Assembly: GCA_046542505.1 (NCBI GenBank)
Contig: JBKHBH010000034.1
Location: 1 to 19,088, forward strand
Origin: Thermovirgaceae bacterium
GTDB taxonomy: Bacteria; Synergistota; Synergistia; Synergistales; Thermovirgaceae
Reading direction: 5' to 3'
Length of the DNA: 19,088 bases
The position numbers and the translations under genes are program-made. Below the pieces are notes generated by a model. It had not been told where the DNA came from, ran no database searches, and was given only the letters and a program-made list of their open reading frames with translations. Within the stretch, counting starts at the first letter, position 1; every line of letters starts with the position of its first letter. Positions 1 to 7,328 of this stretch are shown here, one piece after another.

Positions 1-7
1 CTGTGAG

Positions 8-44
8 AGGGATGAGGCGGAGATTGATCGCCCCGCCTCACCCT
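8..44. terminator. GC-rich hairpin, possible terminator of a gene outside the window
   Basis: AGGGATGAGGCGG (8-20) pairs with CCGCCTCACCCT (33-44) with one bulge. There is no clear U-tract, so strand and function are uncertain. Confidence 0.35.
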
Positions 45-111
45 ACTCGATTGTGTCCAGAAAGAGCCCTAAAGAGGGCTGTTGTGGTCCTGTCGAGAGG
101 CCCAGAGCAGG

Positions 112-119
112 TGTATAAT
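112..119 (+). promoter_or_regulatory. Putative sigma70-type -10 element
   Basis: Perfect TATAAT at 114-119 followed by an AT-rich stretch, about 35 nt upstream of the radical SAM gene. The -35 match is poor. Confidence 0.45.
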
Positions 120-155
120 TAAGATTGATAAATGTTTTCAAAAGAGGTGGGTGTC

Positions 156-1121
156 GTGAGCATTTTCGGCCCTGTACCATCCAGGCGGCTCGGTTCAAGC
201 CTGGGAATCAACAACATCCCTTACAAGGTCTGCTCCTACACATGTGCCTATTGCCAGATAGGGCGGACACTGAAGATGGAGATCAAGCGCCAGCGTCACA
301 GTGACCCGCAGGAGCTGGCCGGTCTTGTGAAGAACAGACTTCAACGGCTGAAAGAAAAGGGAGGAAAGGTCGACTACCTGACCATTGTTCCAGATGGTGA
401 GCCGACACTTGATCTCGCCCTTGGGGAATTGCTTTCGAAGCTGAAAGAAAATGGTTTACCCGTAGCCGTCATCAGCAATGCTTCCCTCATCTGGAGATCC
501 GACGTTCGTTCGGAGCTTGCTCTTGCGGACTGGGTCAGCCTCAAGATTGACGCAATCTCGCGGGATGTGTGGAAACGGGTTGACAGGCCGCATCCATCTC
601 TTTCCCATGAGGACATTCTCGACGGGATGGAGCAGTTTTCCCGTTCCTACAAGGGGACGCTTTGCACCGAGACCATGCTCGTGAAAGACCTTAACGACGG
701 ACCGATAGAGCTTGAAGGCATTGCGCGCTTCATTTCGACAAGGCTGGAGGTCGACATCGCCTACATATCTGTCCCCACCCGCCCGCCGGCGGCTTCGTGG
801 GTCAGGATGCCTGAAGCCGATGCCGTCGCGGCGGCCTATGCCGTTTTCGCCGAAAAGGGAATACCCGTGGAGACCCTGACTGGATATGAAGGCAACGCTT
901 TCATCGTTACCGACGACCCCGCAGAGGAAATCCTGAACATTACCGCCGTTCATCCCATGCGAAGCGATGCCGTTGAAGAAGTGCTGCGTCGTCAGGGCGC
1001 CGATCACGAAATCGTTGAATCCCTTGTCAATGAAAGGCGTATCAGGCGGGTAACCTACGGAGAGTGGACCTACTACGTGCGCATAATGAAGGAGTCACGG
1101 GATGTCGAAATTTCCTCTTGA
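156..1121 (+). CDS. Radical SAM protein (COG0731-like Fe-S oxidoreductase)
   Basis: N-terminal IFGPVPSRRLGSSLGIN signature, CxxxCxxC (CSYTCAYC) and GEPT motif. Likely start is GTG at 156 after GAGGTGG; ATG at 132 is the alternative. Confidence 0.9.
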   Translation: MSIFGPVPSRRLGSSLGINNIPYKVCSYTCAYCQIGRTLKMEIKRQRHSDPQELAGLVKNRLQRLKEKGGKVDYLTIVPDGEPTLDLALGELLSKLKENGLPVAVISNASLIWRSDVRSELALADWVSLKIDAISRDVWKRVDRPHPSLSHEDILDGMEQFSRSYKGTLCTETMLVKDLNDGPIELEGIARFISTRLEVDIAYISVPTRPPAASWVRMPEADAVAAAYAVFAEKGIPVETLTGYEGNAFIVTDDPAEEILNITAVHPMRSDAVEEVLRRQGADHEIVESLVNERRIRRVTYGEWTYYVRIMKESRDVEISS

Positions 1122-2127
1122 GGTGCTGAGAAAGAAGGTTTATCCCTTTACCCTAGGAAAACATACCGACCCCGGTGTCGTATTGGGATCCACCTTTGGC
1201 GAAGATGTGGCGGTCACACGCGTCGGCGGTGATTTGCTGCTTTCTCATGTTGACCCCATTGTGGGTGCCGTGAAAGGGATTGGTTGGCTGGCTGTTCATG
1301 TGGCCTGCAACGATATCGCCGCAAGCGGCATCAAGCCGAGGTGGATCCAGCTTTTGGTCCTGGTGGCTTCCGCAAAAGAGGTGGACCAGGTCGAGAGGAT
1401 CATGTCCGATGCGGCCAGGGCGGCCGAAAGCCTGGGGGTGACCATCATCGGGGGGCATACGGGGTATTCTGCGGCACTTGAACGCCCCCTCGTTGCGGTG
1501 ACGGCCCTCGCGCCTGCGGAAGGCCGAAGGGTGGTGACGACGGGAGGAGCGAGGCCCGGCGACCTGATCTACGTGACGAGGGGCATCGGGCTCGAGGGAA
1601 CGGGTATTCTTGCCTCTGATTTTGCGGAGGAGGCTCTTTCCAGGGGCCTTGAACAACGGGATATCCAGGATGCCCTCAAGCTGCTCGAGTCCGTCAGTGT
1701 GGTCCCCGAAGCCCTGGAACTGTCCGACCTGGGAGCCACGGCCATGCACGACGTAACCCGCGGAGGCGTTCTCGAGACGTTCCTTGAGATAGGGTCCTGC
1801 TCCGGAGTGTGCATGGATATTGATGCATCAGCTCTTCCCGTTCCCCCTGTGGTGAACCGTTTTGCCGAGGCCTTCGGGTTTGATCCGCTCAAGATGATAT
1901 CCTCGGGGACCCTGGCTGTCACATTGCCTCCCGAATCTGTTGAAGAAGCGGAAAAATGTTTTGCCAGAGGGTTGTGTGATCTGAAACAGGTGGGAGTCGC
2001 GACGGAAGGGGAAGGTGTTCGTCTGCGCGAAAAGGACAAAGACCGGCTTTTTACTGAAATGGCGTGCGAGGAGGACGAACTGGCGCGGATGTGGGAGCTT
2101 CTCGTACCGGAGGGAAAAAGAGCGTGA
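1102..2127 (+). CDS. AIR synthase-family (PurM-like; HypE/ThiL-related) protein
   Basis: Motifs GEDVAV, HVACNDIAASG, IIGGHT, GARPGD, AMHDVTRGG and DPLKMISSGTL. It overlaps the upstream gene by 20 nt and is preceded by AAGGAG. Confidence 0.88.
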   Translation: MSKFPLEVLRKKVYPFTLGKHTDPGVVLGSTFGEDVAVTRVGGDLLLSHVDPIVGAVKGIGWLAVHVACNDIAASGIKPRWIQLLVLVASAKEVDQVERIMSDAARAAESLGVTIIGGHTGYSAALERPLVAVTALAPAEGRRVVTTGGARPGDLIYVTRGIGLEGTGILASDFAEEALSRGLEQRDIQDALKLLESVSVVPEALELSDLGATAMHDVTRGGVLETFLEIGSCSGVCMDIDASALPVPPVVNRFAEAFGFDPLKMISSGTLAVTLPPESVEEAEKCFARGLCDLKQVGVATEGEGVRLREKDKDRLFTEMACEEDELARMWELLVPEGKRA

Positions 2128-2154
2128 AATAAACAAGGAGGATGGCTTGTCAGG

Positions 2155-3333
2155 TTATTCTTCTTCCCGGAATTCCCGCAGGTCGTCCCCTGCAGTGAAG
2201 GTGATGTCGAAAAGCACAACCTCCGGCCGTGAACTGGTCCTTATGGGCGGACCCCAGGTCCCCGCACCGCAGCTGACGTAAAACAGGGTGTCTTTCTTCC
2301 GTAGAAAGCCCCAGTCCTGTTCGAAAAGCATCCCGGTAATGAAATTGAAAGGGAACAGCTGTCCCCTGTGGGTATGCCCGGAAACCTGAAGAGCTATCCC
2401 CGCCTCGGCCGCTTCCTCGAGATTTACCGGCGTGTGATCCATGACGATAACGGCAAGGGCATTGCCGGTTTCCGTGAGAATGCCCTCAAGGGACTTGCGT
2501 TTTTCCCCGAATTGCTCCGCCGCAATGTCCTTTCTTCCTGCGAGAATGAAAAGACCTTCGATTTCAACGGCTTCGTCAAGAAGAACCGTCACGTTGCCGG
2601 ATTCAATGGCATGGACGGCCTCTTCGGTGTCTGTATAGTATTCATGATTCCCGGGCACGGCATAAACGCCGAGAGGTGCGGACAGTTCCGCCAGAACCTC
2701 GGACAGGCGCTCCTCCTGGGAATGGGTGACGTTTCCGTCGACGGTGTCCCCCGCCAGAAGCACCACGTCGGGTGCCGTCTCGTTGATGGTTTTGACGATC
2801 CGTTGAAGCCAGTGGTTGTCGACCATGATTCCGCCATGGATGTCTGATACGAGGGCGACCCTTACGGTGCCCCCGTCGCTGCGTTGCGGCAGGGACAGCT
2901 CATAGCTTCGGACAACCGGACGTATGGCATTGTAATGACCTGCGGTGACCACGAAGATGATGAAAAGGGAGTAAGCGGCCAAAAGGCGCAGGCGATGCCT
3001 TTCGGGCAGCTTGATTTGGTTTTTTGAATCCGGGGATTTCAGCCGGAGCCAAAGGTGAGACAAAAAACGCAACAGGTCGATGATGGCGAAGAAAAAGAGG
3101 GAGTATACCATGGCGCCGAGGTACCAGCTTCCGAGCCAGAGCATCCAGTCCGAGAAGGTGGACCTGCAGAAGGCGGTGCAGAGCCGGCCGACTGGGAAGG
3201 CAAAAACAAGAAAAAGCCAGAGAGAAAGGGAAAAAAGCTTCCAGGGGCCCCGCAAGGGGAGTATCCGGAAGACCCGGCTGGTTATGTACCAGTTGGCAAT
3301 TCCGTACAGCGCAAGAAAGATCAAAAGAAACAT
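2155..3333 (-). CDS. Membrane-anchored metallophosphoesterase (calcineurin-like MPP superfamily, YkuE-like)
   Basis: Several hydrophobic N-terminal segments, then SDIH, GDTVD, GNHE, MDH and SGHTH metal motifs and a C-terminal GAGTWGPPIR. Start taken as ATG 3333 (GTG 3339 possible) rather than 3411. Confidence 0.9.
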   Translation of the reverse strand: MFLLIFLALYGIANWYITSRVFRILPLRGPWKLFSLSLWLFLVFAFPVGRLCTAFCRSTFSDWMLWLGSWYLGAMVYSLFFFAIIDLLRFLSHLWLRLKSPDSKNQIKLPERHRLRLLAAYSLFIIFVVTAGHYNAIRPVVRSYELSLPQRSDGGTVRVALVSDIHGGIMVDNHWLQRIVKTINETAPDVVLLAGDTVDGNVTHSQEERLSEVLAELSAPLGVYAVPGNHEYYTDTEEAVHAIESGNVTVLLDEAVEIEGLFILAGRKDIAAEQFGEKRKSLEGILTETGNALAVIVMDHTPVNLEEAAEAGIALQVSGHTHRGQLFPFNFITGMLFEQDWGFLRKKDTLFYVSCGAGTWGPPIRTSSRPEVVLFDITFTAGDDLREFREEE

Positions 3334-3458
3334 GGGCACCTTCAGGAAAACATCCTTTCGCTGTTGAGGGCTGCTTGCAAAATCCGCCTCGGTCGAGAGA
3401 CGTCCTGTCAATGATACATGATTTATGGAGGCGATATACTTGAAATGGGGGTGGTTTC

Positions 3459-4355
3459 ATGGCACTGGATGCTTTGCATGTTGAAGGGTCTACATGGTAT
3501 GTCCCCGGTCCGGTCAATGTCGGGATTTTCGTTGCGAAAGACAACCGGGCGGTGCTTGTGGACAGCGGCGGTGACGAAAGTTTTGGCCGGAAGCTTTTCA
3601 GACTGATCGAAGCCCGGGGATGGACCCTTGAAATGATCGTGAACACCCATTCGAACGCGGACCATATCGGGGGGAACGCCTACCTTCAAAAAAAGACGGG
3701 GTGTCGTATCGCGGCTACGCCGAAGGAAATTCCCCTTATTGAAAACCCTCTGCTCGAACCGGCCTTTCTCTGGGGAGGATTCCCGTTCCAGGCGCTCAGG
3801 AACAAGTTCCTTCAGGCACAGCCTTCAAAGGTGACCGACCGGTTGACTCCCGGGGAGACAGTTCCGGGTTTTCCGCTGGAGACGATTTCTCTTCCCGGTC
3901 ATTTTCTGGAGATGATCGGCGTCAAGACGCCGGACGGGGTGTTTTTTGCGGCTGATACGGTCTTTTCGAAAAAAATCATGGAAAAATACGGCATTACCTT
4001 CTGTTTTGACGTCGAGAGCGCCATCAAAACCCTCGAAGTCCTGCCGTCTCTTCCTGCTAGGTTGTATATTCCTGCCCATGCGGAACCTGTGGAGGATATC
4101 GCCCCTCTGGCGCACCTGAACCGGAAGGCCCTGGAAACTGTCGGCGAAGCGATTGTCGGCATTTGCAGCGAAAACCCGCAATGTTTCGAGGACATCCTCC
4201 GGGCTTTGACGAATCGGTGGAATCTGTCCCTCGACGAGAACCAGTACGTGCTTGTTGGCTCCACATTGAGGGCTCACCTGTCCAGATTGTCTGATCTCGG
4301 CAGGATCGGGTTTGATTTCGATGAAAGTAGGATGGTGTGGAAAGCGCTAGGCTGA
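3459..4355 (+). CDS. MBL-fold metallo-hydrolase
   Basis: Motifs LVDSG, THSNADHIGG (variant HxHxDH), PGH, AADT and PAH. GGGGGTGG lies upstream of the ATG. Confidence 0.9.
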   Translation: MALDALHVEGSTWYVPGPVNVGIFVAKDNRAVLVDSGGDESFGRKLFRLIEARGWTLEMIVNTHSNADHIGGNAYLQKKTGCRIAATPKEIPLIENPLLEPAFLWGGFPFQALRNKFLQAQPSKVTDRLTPGETVPGFPLETISLPGHFLEMIGVKTPDGVFFAADTVFSKKIMEKYGITFCFDVESAIKTLEVLPSLPARLYIPAHAEPVEDIAPLAHLNRKALETVGEAIVGICSENPQCFEDILRALTNRWNLSLDENQYVLVGSTLRAHLSRLSDLGRIGFDFDESRMVWKALG

Positions 4356-4553
4356 ATGCGCCCGGTGATTGCGGGTTAGCCCGGACAATAGGCGGAATCA
4401 CGCGAGCCTCTGGAAATGATGCCGAAGCCGGCAGCTGAGGCGGGGAAAGGCACCGCAGGCCGTTTTTGCTTGTTTTTCCCCGATCTTTCAACAAGTCTGA
4501 AGGGTGACCCTCGAAGGGTTGAAAAACTGTACGATCATCCGGCGCGAGAGGGA

Positions 4554-4582
4554 ATAAAAAAGCGGGACCCGCAGGTCCCGCT
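4554..4582 (-). terminator. Rho-independent terminator of the PMM/PGM gene
   Basis: On the minus strand: AGCGGGACC-TGCG-GGTCCCGCT (9-bp stem) followed by TTTTTAT, 13 nt after the stop codon. Confidence 0.88.
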
Positions 4583-4595
4583 CCTTCGTATCTTG

Positions 4596-5978
4596 TCAAT
4601 ATTCCCACTCGAATTCCTCGACTCCGGCTTCCATCATGCGTTTTTTAAGGTCTTCAGCGTATTCTTCGAGGTCTTCGGGTGTTTTCCCTTCGACGCGGGC
4701 GACCAAAACGGGCTGGGTGTTGGAGGCCCGTACCAGACCCCATCCGCGGGGGTATCTGATCCTGACGCCGTCGACGGTAATGGCGTCGAAATCTTTCAAG
4801 GCGCTTTCCTTGATTTTTTCGATGATCTCGAATTTTGCCTCATCGCTGCAGATGACCCTGGTTTCCGCCGTGCTGTGGTAGACAGGGACGTCGGAGAGTA
4901 TTTCCGAAAGGCTCCGGTCGTCCTTTGACAGGAGGCGGAGCAGCCTGCCCGCCGCATAGAAGGAATCGTCGAACCCGTAGTACTCATCGGCAAAGAACAT
5001 GTGTCCCGAGACCTCTCCCGAAAACAGTGCGTCGAGTTCCTTCATTTTGGCCTTGATCAGGGAATGTCCCGATTTCCACCAGACCACATCTCCACCCATG
5101 CGTTCGATTTCATCTACAAGGGCCTGGGAGCTCTTGACTTCCACGATAGCTTTCGCGCCGGGGCTGGAAGGGAGGATCTCACGCCAGTAGAGGATCATCA
5201 GGATATCGCCCCAAAGGATGTTTCCCTTGTCATCCACTACGCCGATCCTGTCTGCGTCACCGTCGAAACCCAGTCCCACGTCTGCTTTTTCCTGGCGGAC
5301 CGTTTTGATGAGGTCGACAAGATTCTCCCGTTTTGTGGGATCGGGGTGGTGATTGGGGAAACGGCTGTCAGGCTCGGCAAAGAGGGGGATCACATCGCAG
5401 CCTATCCTTCTCAGATAATCGTTGACGAATGGACCTGCCGTGGCATTTCCCGAATCGGTGACGACCTTGAGTTTTTTCCCGCCGAGTTTCGTCTTCGACA
5501 CGAGCATATCGATGTAGGAGCTTCCGATGTCCTGTCTGGAGACGGTCCCCTTTTTGGGGGAATCCAGGAATTCACCTGCGGTGATCATGCTGTGGATGTG
5601 GCGGATCTGGTCACCGTAGAGGGTCGTCTTGCCGAAAGCCAGTTTCAGGCCGTTGAATTCCGGCGGGTTGTGGCTTCCCGTAATCATCACGCCGCCCTCG
5701 AGGTCAAAATGGAAAAGGCTCCAGTACAGAATGGGCGTGGTAACAGTGCCGATGTCAATGACATCGATACCGGCCGCGGTGACGCCATCGATGACATCTT
5801 CCCTGATGCGGATGGTGGAAGGTCGTATATCACCCCCCACGGAAATTTTTGTTATCCCCTCGCGAGCGAGAAACGTGCCGTAGGCTTGTGCTATGGCACG
5901 GACGTTTTCGGAATTGAGCTCCTCCTCGGCGTTGCCCCTGATGTCGTATTCCCTGAAGATATGAGCCGGAACGTTCAT
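4596..5978 (-). CDS. Phosphomannomutase/phosphoglucomutase (AlgC-like alpha-D-phosphohexomutase)
   Basis: N-terminal IFREYDIRG, catalytic TGSHNP, metal loop FDGDADR, sugar loop GEVSGH and C-terminal RASNTQP. GGAGG SD present. Confidence 0.95.
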   Translation of the reverse strand: MNVPAHIFREYDIRGNAEEELNSENVRAIAQAYGTFLAREGITKISVGGDIRPSTIRIREDVIDGVTAAGIDVIDIGTVTTPILYWSLFHFDLEGGVMITGSHNPPEFNGLKLAFGKTTLYGDQIRHIHSMITAGEFLDSPKKGTVSRQDIGSSYIDMLVSKTKLGGKKLKVVTDSGNATAGPFVNDYLRRIGCDVIPLFAEPDSRFPNHHPDPTKRENLVDLIKTVRQEKADVGLGFDGDADRIGVVDDKGNILWGDILMILYWREILPSSPGAKAIVEVKSSQALVDEIERMGGDVVWWKSGHSLIKAKMKELDALFSGEVSGHMFFADEYYGFDDSFYAAGRLLRLLSKDDRSLSEILSDVPVYHSTAETRVICSDEAKFEIIEKIKESALKDFDAITVDGVRIRYPRGWGLVRASNTQPVLVARVEGKTPEDLEEYAEDLKKRMMEAGVEEFEWEY

Positions 5979-6068
5979 TACAGCAACCTCCCTCCGCTTT
6001 CGTCGGAAGAAAAAGCAATGTCCCGTGTCGAGCCTGTCGCGGAAAAAAGGAACACTGTTTTTCTTTTT

Positions 6069-6096
6069 ACTATAACATTATACAGGACCCTGTCAG
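6069..6096 (-). promoter_or_regulatory. Putative sigma70 promoter for PMM/PGM
   Basis: On the minus strand: CTGACA (6096-6091), a 16-nt spacer ending in TGt, then TATAGT (6074-6069). A second perfect TATAAT lies at 6082-6077, with A-rich sequence downstream. Confidence 0.6.
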
Positions 6097-6104
6097 GTGT
6101 TTCT

Positions 6105-7328
6105 TCAGGAGGATTCCCGATCCTGCCCCCGGAGAGCGGAGGTGGGCACCCCTTCTTTCCTGCACAGTCTCTTTAGCCTGTGGCGAAGCTCCTTACTCTT
6201 GCGGGACCAGTCCCGGGCTTCCATGTAGGGTCGGATCTCGCGGTGGCTTTCCATGGCCTTTTCGGCGTATTCAATGGCTCGCCCATAAAGGCGGAATTTG
6301 TGTTCGAAGATCTTAGAGAGCTCCACCAGGGCCGTGATCCGCGAGGAACGGTCCACGAGACTGCGTTCAAAAAGCTCGGCCGCCTGTTCCCATCGCTGGT
6401 GTCGTTTTGCGGTGAATGCGAGCCGCAGGCAGGCCTGGGTCGCCTTCGTGGAAGCATCTTTTTCCGCCATACTCCAGAGTTGCTCCGCCTGGTGAAGTTT
6501 TCCCCTGGAAGCCCAGAGATCGCCCGCCCGCAGGAGGTCCTCTGTTTTCGTGGTACTGCCGCTGAGCAGGCTCGCGATCCGGGCCTCGAGGGAGGCAAGG
6601 GAGAGGATGTCCGTCATGTTGTGGATAAAAACCCCCGACAGGGGCCCGGCATTGCCGGTCCGCAGAAAATCGGCGTAGTGCCGGGGTACGAGCCATCCCG
6701 GGACGTCGGAATGGTCCCTTTTGACGCCCAGGACGCCGTTTTCTATGGTCCCGAGCCTGCAATCGGGGAGTCGGCCTTTCCAGATCCATCTGGCCAGGTA
6801 CAAAAGGTCCAGGTGCCCCTTTTCCGCGTCGGGAGGGGGCTTTTTGTTCAGGATGGAACGGGACTGGAGTATTGGGAGATCGAAACGTTTGCCGTTATAG
6901 GTAACGAACCCCGTAGCCGGAGCGATCCATTCGAAAAGATGATCGAGCCACGTGTTTTCGGCTTCGGGGGTACTCAAGAAAATTTGCCTGATGACGAAGG
7001 AACTATTGATAATCCTGCCGGTTCCTGCAAGAAAGGCATAGGTCCCCGTACCGCCCGCAAGACCGGTGGTCTCCAAATCAAGAAAGACCGGGCTTGATGT
7101 GGCTCCCCACTCTTGCAAGATTTCTTCGGCTTTGGAAACGTCCCCAAGGGGGACGGTACCGTGCCTTCCCGAAAGGGGGAATTTCCCTTCCATGAGGAAG
7201 ACGCCGTCGTCGAGCCATTCCCCTTCGGGAAGCCCCGATATTCGGTGGAGCTTGCGGGAAACCCTTTCCGGCTGAACAGGGCCGAGAAGCCGTTCGAGAC
7301 GCTGAAACCGCTCAGTCCCGTCAGTCAT
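6105..7328 (-). CDS. mrfB: MrfB/YprB-like DEDD exonuclease (RNase_H_2 domain) with C-terminal TPR-like helices
   Basis: Motifs FLDLETTGL, TYNGKRFD, HLDLL and HNMTDILSL, plus a TPR-like C-terminus. The start ATG at 7328 (MTDGTERF) overlaps the helicase stop (ATGACTGA) and follows GAGGGA. Confidence 0.85.
   Translation of the reverse strand: MTDGTERFQRLERLLGPVQPERVSRKLHRISGLPEGEWLDDGVFLMEGKFPLSGRHGTVPLGDVSKAEEILQEWGATSSPVFLDLETTGLAGGTGTYAFLAGTGRIINSSFVIRQIFLSTPEAENTWLDHLFEWIAPATGFVTYNGKRFDLPILQSRSILNKKPPPDAEKGHLDLLYLARWIWKGRLPDCRLGTIENGVLGVKRDHSDVPGWLVPRHYADFLRTGNAGPLSGVFIHNMTDILSLASLEARIASLLSGSTTKTEDLLRAGDLWASRGKLHQAEQLWSMAEKDASTKATQACLRLAFTAKRHQRWEQAAELFERSLVDRSSRITALVELSKIFEHKFRLYGRAIEYAEKAMESHREIRPYMEARDWSRKSKELRHRLKRLCRKEGVPTSALRGQDRESS

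Noticed and set aside
65..80. Short inverted repeat AGCCCT-AAAG-AGGGCT as an operator
   Set aside because: It has only 6-bp arms and a single copy, so it could arise by chance.
1102..2127. Bona fide hypE, purM or thiL
   Set aside because: It lacks the C-terminal PRIC motif of HypE and has no supporting pathway context. Only a family-level call is justified.
5001..6176. 391-aa + strand ORF (likewise 6180-7097, 10207-11085, 14467-15507, 16531-17505)
   Set aside because: These are antisense shadows of conserved minus-strand genes with no family signatures.
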